Below are positions 50,953 to 59,989 of a DNA stretch of 64,000 bases, piece by piece. The position numbers were made by a program, and so were the translations under genes. Numbering within the stretch: position 1 is the stretch's first letter; every line of letters starts with the position of its first letter. Below the pieces are notes generated by a model. That model made no database searches and was not told the origin of the DNA. It saw only the letters and a program-made list of their open reading frames with translations. Source of the stretch: Clostridia bacterium (lineage in GTDB: Bacteria > Bacillota > Clostridia > UBA1212); NCBI GenBank assembly GCA_017444825.1, contig JAFSVU010000026.1:86009-150008 (forward strand), read 5' to 3'.

Positions 50953-51513
50953 ATGTCACAACAATTTTACCATATGACAATTGCCGGTCTTGAAAGAAAT
51001 CTTCCTCTTTGCCAACTTAACGAAGATATGAAGATCGGCGCTTTCGTAATATTCGGCGATCCCGAGCTCACAACGGCCTGCGCAAAGGCTCTTCTCGCAA
51101 AAGCTCCGGAATACGACTACATCATAGCGCCCGAGGCAAAATCCATCCCTCTGATCCACGAAATGGCAAGACTTGACGGAAACCGCAGATATCTTCTTGC
51201 GCGCAAGGATCCCAAGCTCTATATGAGAGGTGTTTTCAGTGCCAAAGTAAGATCCATCACAACTGCAAGGTGGCAGGAGCTTTACCTTGACATGGCAGAC
51301 GCCGAGCTTATGAAGGGAAAAAGGATCATAGTCCTTGACGACGTTATTTCAACAGGAGAATCTCTTCGCGGTGTTGAAGCTCTGGTAGAAAAAGCTGGCG
51401 GAAAGATCGTTGCAAGAATGGCGATCCTTGCTGAAGGAAAAGCCGCGGAAAGAGACGATATCATCTTCCTCGAGAAGCTTCCCCTTTTCGACGCAGAAGG
51501 AAATCCGCTGTAA
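50953..51513 (+). CDS. Type-I phosphoribosyltransferase family protein
   Basis: PRPP-binding motif RIIVLDDVISTGESL. GGAGGG RBS before the ATG at 50953. Confidence 0.7.
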   Translation: MSQQFYHMTIAGLERNLPLCQLNEDMKIGAFVIFGDPELTTACAKALLAKAPEYDYIIAPEAKSIPLIHEMARLDGNRRYLLARKDPKLYMRGVFSAKVRSITTARWQELYLDMADAELMKGKRIIVLDDVISTGESLRGVEALVEKAGGKIVARMAILAEGKAAERDDIIFLEKLPLFDAEGNPL

Positions 51514-51543
51514 ACTCACATTTTTTAAATCAGGAGATCATTT

Positions 51544-53337
51544 ATGTCCGAATTTTTAACCAAAGAAGACAGACGCACCTGTTACTGCGCCGAGGTATCC
51601 GAGGATATGATCGGCAAAAACATCTGCGTAATGGGCTGGGTGCAGAGAAGACGCGACCTGGGATCATTGGTTTTTATCGACCTTCGCGACAGGACAGGAA
51701 TAGTCCAGCTTGCGTTCGGTGACACCACAGACCCGGAGGTCTTCGAAAAAGCGCTCTCATGCAGGGCTGAATACGTTATTTGCGCTCACGGCATTGTCGT
51801 CAAACGCGGCGGAGCCGTCAACACAAACCTTAAGACAGGTGCCATCGAGATCGACGTAAAATCAATGAAGATACTTTCCGCTGCCCAGACCCCTCCCATC
51901 GAGGTCAATGACAACAGGAAAGTCAAGGACGAGACAGCTCTGAAATACCGCTACCTCGATCTGAGACGTCCCGAGCTTCAGAGAAACATCAAAATGCGCC
52001 ACGAGATCGCGAAAATCGCCAGGGAGTATTATTACGAAAACGGCTTCTACGAGATCGAAACGCCAATGATGATCAAGCCCACTCCCGAAGGCGCCAGAGA
52101 CTACCTGGTTCCCTCAAGGATCCACAAGGGCCACTTTTACGCCCTTCCCCAGTCTCCCCAGATCTACAAGCAGCTCCTGATGGTGGCCGGCTTCGACAGA
52201 TACATCCAGATCGCAAGATGCTTCAGAGACGAGGATCTGAGAGCCGACAGGCAGCCTGAATTCACCCAGATCGACCTTGAAATGTCCTTTGCGACCCAGG
52301 AAGATATCATGGAGATGAACGAGGGCTTCATCAAGCGTGTATTCAAAGAGGTCCTTGGCGTCGAAGTTGAAACGCCGATGCAAAAGCTCACATACGCAGA
52401 ATCAATGAGCCGCTACGGCACGGACAAACCCGACACCAGGTACGGCCTTGAGATCAGAGACCTGACTGATGTAGTTAAAAACGTTGACTTCATTGTTTTT
52501 AAGTCTGCTATTGAAAACGGCGGCAGCGTCCGCTGCATACTGGCTGAGAATTCTGCAGACGTTCTCACCCGCAAGGAGATCGACAAGCTCACCGAACACG
52601 CCAAAGGCATTGGCGCTAAAGGCCTCGCCTACATCCGCTGGACAGAAGATATGCCAAACTGCTCCTTCGCCAAGTTCCTGAAAGAGGGAGAGCTTGACGC
52701 GATAATGAGCGCTGTATCCATGAAAAAAGGCGACGTAATGCTCATCTGCGCTGACAAAGACAAGGTCACCCTTCCGACCCTTGGCGCCCTCCGCCAGATA
52801 GTTGCGAAAAAGCTTGATATCATACCGAAGGACAAGTTCAATTTCCTCTGGATCACGGAGTTTCCTTTCTTTGAGTGGAACGACGAGACAAATCACTGGG
52901 ATGCTATGCACCACCCCTTCACAATGCCGCTGGAGGAGTGCCTGCCCTACCTTGAGACAGACCCCGGAAAGGTCCGCGCCAAGTGCTACGATATGGTGCT
53001 TAACGGAACAGAGCTTCTTTCGGGCTCCATCAGGATCACCGACTGGCAGCTCCAGGAAAAGATGTTTGCGGCTCTCGGCCTCACTCAGGAAGAGATCGAC
53101 AGAAAGTTCGGATTCCTCGTTGACGCCTATAAATACGGCGGACCTCCGCATGGCGGATCAGGCATGGGCCTCGACCGTCTCGCCATGGTCATGTGCGGCG
53201 CAGACAGTCTGAGAGACGTGGTGGCCTTCCCGAAGGTACAGAACGCTTCCGAGCTCATGAGCGGCTGCCCCGCACTGCCGGACGGTGAACAGGTGCTTAA
53301 AGATCTTGGAATTGCTGTGATCGAAACCGAAGAATAA
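51544..53337 (+). CDS. aspS: Aspartate--tRNA ligase
   Basis: N-terminal anticodon-binding OB fold (RTCYCAEVSEDMIGKNICVMGWVQRRRDLGSLVFIDLRDRTGIVQ), class-II motifs (FYEIETPMM; QSPQIYKQLLMVAGFDRYIQIARCFRDEDLRADRQPEFTQID; GGSGMGLDR). 597 aa. Confidence 0.95.
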   Translation: MSEFLTKEDRRTCYCAEVSEDMIGKNICVMGWVQRRRDLGSLVFIDLRDRTGIVQLAFGDTTDPEVFEKALSCRAEYVICAHGIVVKRGGAVNTNLKTGAIEIDVKSMKILSAAQTPPIEVNDNRKVKDETALKYRYLDLRRPELQRNIKMRHEIAKIAREYYYENGFYEIETPMMIKPTPEGARDYLVPSRIHKGHFYALPQSPQIYKQLLMVAGFDRYIQIARCFRDEDLRADRQPEFTQIDLEMSFATQEDIMEMNEGFIKRVFKEVLGVEVETPMQKLTYAESMSRYGTDKPDTRYGLEIRDLTDVVKNVDFIVFKSAIENGGSVRCILAENSADVLTRKEIDKLTEHAKGIGAKGLAYIRWTEDMPNCSFAKFLKEGELDAIMSAVSMKKGDVMLICADKDKVTLPTLGALRQIVAKKLDIIPKDKFNFLWITEFPFFEWNDETNHWDAMHHPFTMPLEECLPYLETDPGKVRAKCYDMVLNGTELLSGSIRITDWQLQEKMFAALGLTQEEIDRKFGFLVDAYKYGGPPHGGSGMGLDRLAMVMCGADSLRDVVAFPKVQNASELMSGCPALPDGEQVLKDLGIAVIETEE

Positions 53338-53340
53338 CAA

Positions 53341-53560
53341 GTAACTGTTAAAGGGAGTGCCGCATCAGGTAATAAGTAAAAGGTAAGAAGTAAAAGGGGC
53401 CCACGTCGACCACATTTCATCGAGGAGCGATTCTTCACGAAGTGAAGCCAAGTGACGAGATGCAAGGTGCGAGACGTGAGCGGTGCCGGACAAAGTAATA
53501 AGTAACGTTGCAAGGGGTGCCGCTTAAGTAATAAGTAAGAAGTACTAAGTAATGAAATAA
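53341..53560 (-). repeat. Inverted-orientation, degenerate copies (at least two) of the TTACTTATTACYT...GCGGCACYCC repeat family
   Basis: The reverse complement of 53341-53400 reads cttttacttcttaccttttacttattacctgatgcggcactcccttt. The reverse complement of 53501-53560 reads tacttcttacttattacttaagcggcaccccttgcaacgttacttattac. Confidence 0.65.
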
Positions 53561-53760
53561 TACTAAGTACTGAAAAATAAGCATATAAGCCACAAAATCG
53601 GAGCCGAGGCATGAAACCAAAGCTCCGCTAATTATTTGTGGCTCGAATTGTTATGTCAGTGCTTCACGTAGTGACTTTTTAACTAATACCTGGTACTTAT
53701 TATTTTGTCAGGTAGCTCTCAAGCCGATTGAGGTTACTTTTACTTAGAACCTCTTACCTA

Positions 53761-54000
53761 TTACTTATTACCTTGGGCGGCACCCCTTCGAACTATTACT
53801 TATTACCTGGGCGGCACCCCTTCGAACTATTACTTATTACCTGGGCGGCACCCCTTCGAACTATTACTTATTACCTGGGCGGCACTCCCTCTAACTATTA
53901 CTTATTACCTGGGCGGCACTCCCTCAAACTATTACTTATTACCTGGGCGGCACACCCTCGAACTATTACTTATTACTTTGGGCAGCACCCCTTGGCGCAG
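53761..54000 (+). repeat. Head-to-tail tandem array of seven ~34-bp units (TATTACTTATTACCTGGGCGGCACCCCTTCGAAC) that abuts the kdgK stop codon
   Basis: Units are contiguous with no spacers and differ by 1-3 substitutions (ccccttcgaac / ctccctctaac / ctccctcaaac / caccctcgaac). This is not CRISPR-like. Confidence 0.85.
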
Positions 54001-54007
54001 CCACCTA

Positions 54008-55027
54008 TTACCTTTTAACTCTCCCCGACGCATCTCCCTTGACCAGCTTTTCCACCTCAGCCACTGTGACCCTGTTAAAGTCACCTTCAATGGTCTGTTT
54101 AAGGCATGAAGCTGCAGTCGCAAAATCAATGGCCGCCTGCGGGTCTTTCCCGGAAAGGATGCCGTAGATAAGGCCTGCGCCGAAGGAATCACCGCCGCCG
54201 ACCCGATCGACGATGTGGATAGAATACCTTGGCGACATATAATAATCTTTTCCGTCGTAAAGAAGAGCCTGCCAGTCGTTGTCATTGGCGGATCTTGAAG
54301 ACCTGAGGGTTATGGCGGCATATTTAAGTCCAAATCTTTGGACAAGCTTTGACGCGACGACCTTGTAGCCCTCCTCGGAGAGAACGCCTTTCGAAGCGTC
54401 CGAATCCTCCGCTTTTATACCGAAAACATCGTTTGCGTCCTCTTCATTCGATATGCAAACGTCCACGTACTGCATAAGATCGGTCATCACTTCCGAGGCC
54501 TTGGCTTTGGACCAGAGCTTTGATCTGTAGTTAATGTCGCAGGAGACAGTGATACCGTTATCCTTTGCGATTATAAGGGCCTCCCGGAGAGCTTCAGCGC
54601 AGCCATCCGAAAGCGCAGGGGTAATGCCGGTAAAGTGGAACCAGCAGCAATCGCGGAATATCTCCTCCCAGTCAAAATCAACGGGTGAGCACTCGGCTAT
54701 GGAGGAACCTGCCCGATCATAAATGCATAAACTCGGACGCTGGGATGCACCTTTCTCCATGTAGTAAATACCGAGACGCTTTCCTCCGCGGACTATACGA
54801 CTTGTATCCACGCCGAAATATCTGAGAGAACTCACTGCTCCGTCACCGATATGGCCTTCGGGCAGCTTTGTTACGTAGCATGAATCGAAGCCGAAATTGG
54901 CAAGAGAAACGGCCACGTTGGCTTCCGCTCCTCCGAAAGTAGCATTCATATTTGAGCTTTGAAAAAATCTTTCATAACCAATTGGCGCAAGCCTCAGCAT
55001 TATCTCACCAAATGTAACGATCTTCAT
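54008..55027 (-). CDS. kdgK: 2-dehydro-3-deoxygluconokinase (PfkB family)
   Basis: MKIVTFGEIMLRLAP...FGGAEANVAVSLANFG and the PfkB C-terminal signature DRVGGGDSFGAGLIYG. Confidence 0.85.
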   Translation of the reverse strand: MKIVTFGEIMLRLAPIGYERFFQSSNMNATFGGAEANVAVSLANFGFDSCYVTKLPEGHIGDGAVSSLRYFGVDTSRIVRGGKRLGIYYMEKGASQRPSLCIYDRAGSSIAECSPVDFDWEEIFRDCCWFHFTGITPALSDGCAEALREALIIAKDNGITVSCDINYRSKLWSKAKASEVMTDLMQYVDVCISNEEDANDVFGIKAEDSDASKGVLSEEGYKVVASKLVQRFGLKYAAITLRSSRSANDNDWQALLYDGKDYYMSPRYSIHIVDRVGGGDSFGAGLIYGILSGKDPQAAIDFATAASCLKQTIEGDFNRVTVAEVEKLVKGDASGRVKR

Positions 55028-55665
55028 CCTCTCACCTCTTTCACTATTCTTACGGCCTCGGCGGCTCTTTTTGTGATCTCGCCAAAATCTTTTGCTTCAA
55101 TAAGGTCCTTCGGTGCGATCCAGCTTCCTCCGCAGCAAACGACCTGCTTTAATTTCAGGTAATCGCCAAGGTTTTCGGGAGAGATACCGCCCGTAGGCAT
55201 GAATTTCATCATGTTGTATGGAGCTGAAACAGCCTTTATGTACTTAATTCCACCCATGGCCTCAGCGGGGAAAAACTTAACTATTTTCTGGTCAAGTGAA
55301 TAAACGAGGTCGATCTCGCTCGGCGTAGCGACTCCGGGTATGAACGGGACGCCCAGAATATCCCTGCTGTAAGTAAAAACATATCTGTTAAACCCGGGGG
55401 CCACCATCAGCTTTGCTCCCGCATCCGCCGCCTTATCCGCCTGTTCAGTAGTTAAAACAGTGCCTGCAGCGGCAAAAAAATCGCCGCCGGTCCTTGTGAT
55501 ATGTTTGATTGCCTCATACGCGGCATCTGTTCTGAACGTGATCTCGGCACAGTTGATACCGCCATTTTGAAGAGCCTCCGCAAGGTATGGTGCCTTGGCG
55601 GGGTCGTTGATCGTGACAACAGGGATCACGCCTGTTTTTTCCAAATAACTTATCAGTTCATCCAA
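55024..55665 (-). CDS. eda: 2-dehydro-3-deoxyphosphogluconate (KDPG) aldolase
   Basis: VIPVVTINDPAKAPYLAEALQNGGINCAEITFRT...KFFPAEAMGGIKYIKAV...GGI. 213 aa. Its stop overlaps the kdgK start by 4 nt. Confidence 0.85.
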   Translation of the reverse strand: MDELISYLEKTGVIPVVTINDPAKAPYLAEALQNGGINCAEITFRTDAAYEAIKHITRTGGDFFAAAGTVLTTEQADKAADAGAKLMVAPGFNRYVFTYSRDILGVPFIPGVATPSEIDLVYSLDQKIVKFFPAEAMGGIKYIKAVSAPYNMMKFMPTGGISPENLGDYLKLKQVVCCGGSWIAPKDLIEAKDFGEITKRAAEAVRIVKEVRG

Positions 55666-55685
55666 AACTAATCACCCTTTCTATA

Positions 55686-57080
55686 TCAATTGAAATATCT
55701 TTCGGCGTTGTAATAACAAATATCCTTAACAAGTTTTTCGAGCATCGATCCGTCGTCCGGGTATTCTCCCCTCTCCACAAGTCCGCCGATAAATGAGCAA
55801 AGAATACGACGGAAATAGTCGTGCCGCGCATAGGAAAGGAACGAACGTGAATCGGTAAGCATACCTATGAAGTTTCCGAAAACTGTGAGATTCGCCAATG
55901 ATTCCAAATGCCTCTCAATGCCCGACCTTGTGTCGCTGAACCACCAGGCAGCGCCGTGCTGTATCTTACCGCAAACACCTTCACCCTGGAAGGAGCCGAT
56001 AACTGTGTCGATCATCTCATTGTCGCCGGGGTTAAGAGAATAAATGATCGTCTTTGGAAGCGAGCCTGCTTCAAGGAGCGTGTTAAGAAAAACTGTCAGG
56101 CTGTCAGATGCGGGCCTTGTGGACATACAGTCAAAACCCGTATCAGGCCCAAGCGTTCTGAATGCGGGCCTGTTCACGTTTCTCTGGGCCCCATAATGGA
56201 TCTGCATAACGACGTTGTGCTTAACGTATTCGCGTCCGAGGAAAAGAAGGAGATTGGACATAAACCTTACACTCTCCTCTTCGGTAGCGACGCCGCCATT
56301 CAGTACTTTTTTGAATATCTTATCAGCCTCTTCATCGGACGTATTCTCAAACGCAAAATAGTTTAGGCCGTGGTCCGAAGCTTTCATATTAAGCTCAGCA
56401 AAATATCCGATCCTCAGCGATAGAGCCTTTTTAAGGCTTTCAAGAGAATCGATAACTATGCCTGCAGCAGCTCCGAGTTTACCCATATATTCGACAAATC
56501 CGGGATTTTCGATGTGAAGGGACTTGTCTGGTCTGAATGAAGGAATAACCGAGCAATAATCAAACGAGCTGTCCTCATTAAGAAGCCTGTGCCAGCGAAG
56601 GTCATCTGAGGGGTCGTCCGTGGTTCCGATATAACGCACGTTTGAACGCCTTATAATGTTCCTTACGGAAAAAGAAGGATCCTTAAGCTTGTCATTGAGG
56701 AAATTCCAGGCCTCTTCACATGTCTCCTGCGACAAGGGCTTATCGAAGCCGAAATACTTTTTAAGCTCCAGATGGCACCATACGTACATAGGGTTCCCTA
56801 TGAGCTTCGGCATAAGCTCGCAAAACTTTTTGAACTTGTCAAAGTCTGCGGCGTCGCCTGTGATATATTTCTCGGGCACGCCGTTGCTGCGAAGAAGCCT
56901 CCACTTATAATGATCGCCGCCAAGCCAAAGACCTGTGATTGTGTCAAAATGCCTGTCCTCATATATCTCCCTGGGATCTATATGGCAGTGATAATCAAAT
57001 ACAGGCTGAATCTCCGCGACCTTGAATAGTCTCTTTGCGACGTCGCCTTCCAACATGAAATCTTTTCCGATGAAGTCCAT
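55686..57080 (-). CDS. uxaC: Glucuronate isomerase
   Basis: MDFIGKDFMLEGDVAKRLFKVAEIQPVFDYHCHIDPREIYEDRHFDTITGLWLGGDHYKWRLLRSNGVPEKYITGDA is the characteristic UxaC N-terminus. Confidence 0.9.
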   Translation of the reverse strand: MDFIGKDFMLEGDVAKRLFKVAEIQPVFDYHCHIDPREIYEDRHFDTITGLWLGGDHYKWRLLRSNGVPEKYITGDAADFDKFKKFCELMPKLIGNPMYVWCHLELKKYFGFDKPLSQETCEEAWNFLNDKLKDPSFSVRNIIRRSNVRYIGTTDDPSDDLRWHRLLNEDSSFDYCSVIPSFRPDKSLHIENPGFVEYMGKLGAAAGIVIDSLESLKKALSLRIGYFAELNMKASDHGLNYFAFENTSDEEADKIFKKVLNGGVATEEESVRFMSNLLLFLGREYVKHNVVMQIHYGAQRNVNRPAFRTLGPDTGFDCMSTRPASDSLTVFLNTLLEAGSLPKTIIYSLNPGDNEMIDTVIGSFQGEGVCGKIQHGAAWWFSDTRSGIERHLESLANLTVFGNFIGMLTDSRSFLSYARHDYFRRILCSFIGGLVERGEYPDDGSMLEKLVKDICYYNAERYFN

Positions 57081-57158
57081 TTGGTAGTTCCTTTATTTCA
57101 AAAAACTGTTAATTAGTATAAGCCGCCGCATTGTTTTGCGGCGGCATTAAAAAACATA

Positions 57159-58268
57159 TCAAGACTGAGGAGTAACATCCGACGTACCGGTATTATCCGG
57201 TGAAGGAAGGATCATGCTGGCGCCCGAGTCCGTGACGTAAGTTGTGGGAAGTTTTCCGTCCCACGCGCTGAGATATTCGATATATTTTAAGTAATCGGAT
57301 ATTACAGCGATCTCCTCGGCGGATTTTCCCTTAAAATCGATGGAGTATACCGTATCTTCACCTGATTTGGACTCATTGATGGTAAAGCCGAGCATACGGG
57401 CGATCTCCACGGATTTCAGCCTTATGGCCTCAGCGTCGGCCTGGGAGATGGCAAGCTTTGCATCAGCGTTACCTTCGGCGGTTGCGACTATGGCCTCTGC
57501 CTCAAGTTTTGCAACCTCAAGCTCCTTCTGAGCCTCGACGATGGCCTTCTCTTTTTCGTATTCGGCCTTCAGCTTCTGCTGCTCCGCAATCATCTTCTCT
57601 TCGACTGTGGTCTCGAAAGCGTCAGAGAAATCGATATTGGTTACGACTACGGTGGTGATGTTTACGTAGTAATCATTGGTTATGGCATTCTTGATGGACT
57701 CCTCGATGGCAGGAGAAACGGTGGCTCTTGTCTCGATGATGTTCATTGCCGACTTTGAGGAAAGCACCGTTTTCGCTTTTTCGATGGATACGGACTGGAT
57801 CCTGTTGGAAAGGTTTACCAGCGAGCCGTAGTTGTTGATAATATCTATTGCATGCCCCGGCTGTATCTGATACTGGACCACCATCTCGATATCCATGGTC
57901 TGGGCGTCGCTGGAATAAGCGGCTGTCTTAACGTCCTCCTGCTGAACGGTTATGTCATAGATCACGTATTCCCTGGTGAACCAGAGATCGAAATACATGC
58001 CCGAAGGTCTTGTGTCGATAGCCCGCCCGAACTGTTTGACAACGGCAACGGTTCCCGCCTCCACGGTATGGATACTTGCAGGTATCACGAAAAGGCAAAG
58101 AATAAAAATGATACCGAAAACAACGGCAATGTTCCTGGAAGCGGTAAGCTTCTTGTCGGCATACGAATTTGATTTTATCTTCTTAAACAGCGCGCCTGCT
58201 CCGAAAAAGCATGCGGCGGCAAGAATGACCAATATTACTCCTACAGCAAATGAAATCATATTCAGCAC
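57159..58268 (-). CDS. SPFH/band-7 (prohibitin/stomatin-like) membrane protein
   Basis: Two N-terminal TM segments, an SPFH core (VEAGTVAVVKQFGRA...), then a long coiled coil (EQQKLKAEYEKEKAIVEAQKELEVAKLEAEAIVATAEGNADAKLAISQADAEAIRLK). Confidence 0.75.
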   Translation of the reverse strand: MLNMISFAVGVILVILAAACFFGAGALFKKIKSNSYADKKLTASRNIAVVFGIIFILCLFVIPASIHTVEAGTVAVVKQFGRAIDTRPSGMYFDLWFTREYVIYDITVQQEDVKTAAYSSDAQTMDIEMVVQYQIQPGHAIDIINNYGSLVNLSNRIQSVSIEKAKTVLSSKSAMNIIETRATVSPAIEESIKNAITNDYYVNITTVVVTNIDFSDAFETTVEEKMIAEQQKLKAEYEKEKAIVEAQKELEVAKLEAEAIVATAEGNADAKLAISQADAEAIRLKSVEIARMLGFTINESKSGEDTVYSIDFKGKSAEEIAVISDYLKYIEYLSAWDGKLPTTYVTDSGASMILPSPDNTGTSDVTPQS

Positions 58269-58298
58269 CTCCTGAAAATAATTAGAGATTAAAAGCGC

Positions 58299-59213
58299 TT
58301 ATTTGTCCTTTCTCTTCTTTTTTAAAATGATGGGAACCATCGAAACGGTAATTATAGCTGCAACTGCTGCGCCACCAACGACTCCTCCGCAGCCCTTATC
58401 CTCAGGCTCTGCGGTCTCAGTTTCACCAACGGGTTCCAAAGTGGGCTCATCGACCGGCTCCGCAGTGGGCTCAGCGGTGGGCTCTTCGGTTGGATCGGGC
58501 TCAAGCGCCTTTGTAATTTCATGATATTTTGCGATATCAAAATTCTCGGCCAGCTCTTTATCGTTGTAAACCACGATATACTGTATGTCGAAATACTCGT
58601 TGACACGGCCTGCAATGGGGATCCTTATACTTTTGAAAGTACCCTTGGCTTCCTTGAAGACTTTGCTGACCTGAAGAGTCCTAACGGCCCATTCGCCCTT
58701 GTTCTTAAGATTCTGGGCGGTGTACATACCCGGAGTGCCTTCGAATTCACCGGAGTGCTGGTCGTCTCTTATGTATATGTTGTTCTGAGACATATGGGCC
58801 TTCGGGGAAGTTCTGTAAAGGAACGAAATGTAGTCGTAGTCGCCCACAGTGAACTCTATCTCGGCAGTCATTCTGAAATCGCCCTCGTTTGCGGGTCTGT
58901 TGCCGTCGGCGTCAAGTCCCTTTTCGTCGAGGGGTTCAATTGGCGTGAATCTTGTAAATGACACACCGTCCTCCTCCATGAATTCCCACCGGACTTTTCC
59001 GTTGGTTCCGTGGACGGTGTACTCACCTGTTTTGAGGCTTATAAGGTCGTAAGCTTCGCAGTTTTCAAGCCACTTGTCATAGCCCTTTTGAGACGCAAAA
59101 TCCACAATTGCACCGGGCATAACAAAATCATCACCTTCATCGGCTGATGCCGGGACTGCTCCCAGCGCCAAAAGAAGCACCAAAGTCAAAACGATCGCAA
59201 TAAACTTCTTCAT
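58299..59213 (-). CDS. Secreted surface protein of unknown function: signal peptide, beta-rich domain, (EPTA)n acidic linker, C-terminal TM anchor with a Lys-rich tail
   Basis: Signal MKKFIAIVLTLVLLLALGAVPASADEG. Linker EPDPTEEPTAEPTAEPVDEPTLEP. C-terminus KGCGGVVGGAAVAAIITVSMVPIILKKKRKDK. Confidence 0.6.
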   Translation of the reverse strand: MKKFIAIVLTLVLLLALGAVPASADEGDDFVMPGAIVDFASQKGYDKWLENCEAYDLISLKTGEYTVHGTNGKVRWEFMEEDGVSFTRFTPIEPLDEKGLDADGNRPANEGDFRMTAEIEFTVGDYDYISFLYRTSPKAHMSQNNIYIRDDQHSGEFEGTPGMYTAQNLKNKGEWAVRTLQVSKVFKEAKGTFKSIRIPIAGRVNEYFDIQYIVVYNDKELAENFDIAKYHEITKALEPDPTEEPTAEPTAEPVDEPTLEPVGETETAEPEDKGCGGVVGGAAVAAIITVSMVPIILKKKRKDK

Positions 59214-59974
59214 TTAAACAGATCCTCCATATCGTATTTCCCTGCGGGTCTGCCGGCCATAAAGACCGCAGCCTTAAGAGCGCCGTCAGCAAAGACTTCT
59301 CTTGACTGGGCACTGTGTGATAACTCAATTACCTCGTTTCTGCCGGCAAATATCACGTCGTGATCGCCGACAATATTCCCGCCTCTGACGCTGCTGATGC
59401 CGAGCTCCTTTTTGTCCCTCCTGGCAAGCCTCGAGTGGCGGTCGTAAACGTATTCAAGCTGTCCGTCCATGGCCTCGTTGAGATTGTCGGCAATGGCAAG
59501 GGCTGTCCCCGAAGGAGCGTCAAGCTTCCTGTTGTGATGTCTCTCGACGATCTCAATATCGAAGTCATCGCCAATGTACTTCGCCGCCTCGGAAGCCAGC
59601 TTCCTCAGAACGTATATTCCCACAGACATGTTCGCGGAACGGAATATTCCGATCTTTTTCGATGCCTCATCGCATTGCTTTAACGTATCCTCTTTAAGTC
59701 CCGTCGTGCAAAGAACAACAGGTTTATTTCTAAGGACCGCAAAGTCAAGAAGCGCAGGAACCGCCGAAAAATGGGAAAAATCTATAATTACATCAAAGTC
59801 TGCATCTGCCGGAACTTCACCCGGACTTCTGTAGACCGGAAACCCGTAAGACGAAGACCCGTCATAAGCCGCGTCGATTCCGAGCGCCAAGCAAATATCA
59901 TCCTTCCCGGAAATAAGACGTACCAGCGCCTCACCCATGGTTCCGAGAACTCCGTTGATCAAAACTTTTGTCAT
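59210..59974 (-). CDS. dapB: 4-hydroxy-tetrahydrodipicolinate reductase
   Basis: MTKVLINGVLGTMGEAL... (NAD(P)-binding start) and the catalytic block EIVERHHNRKLDAPSGTA. Confidence 0.9.
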   Translation of the reverse strand: MTKVLINGVLGTMGEALVRLISGKDDICLALGIDAAYDGSSSYGFPVYRSPGEVPADADFDVIIDFSHFSAVPALLDFAVLRNKPVVLCTTGLKEDTLKQCDEASKKIGIFRSANMSVGIYVLRKLASEAAKYIGDDFDIEIVERHHNRKLDAPSGTALAIADNLNEAMDGQLEYVYDRHSRLARRDKKELGISSVRGGNIVGDHDVIFAGRNEVIELSHSAQSREVFADGALKAAVFMAGRPAGKYDMEDLFK

Positions 59975-59989
59975 ACCTTTCCTCCGGAA

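Noticed and set aside
53761-54000. Possible CRISPR array (regularly spaced ~34-bp repeats)
   Set aside because: The units are directly contiguous with no unique spacers, no cas genes are nearby, and the same motif occurs in the inverted orientation and at a second locus. This is a tandem/dispersed repeat, not a CRISPR.
53728-54018. 96-aa + strand ORF (and the minus-strand ORFs 53932..54285 and 53127..53612)
   Set aside because: These are translations of the tandem repeat array (periodic LLPGRH/YYLLPG peptides) or antisense to aspS/kdgK. No RBS is present, so they are artefacts.
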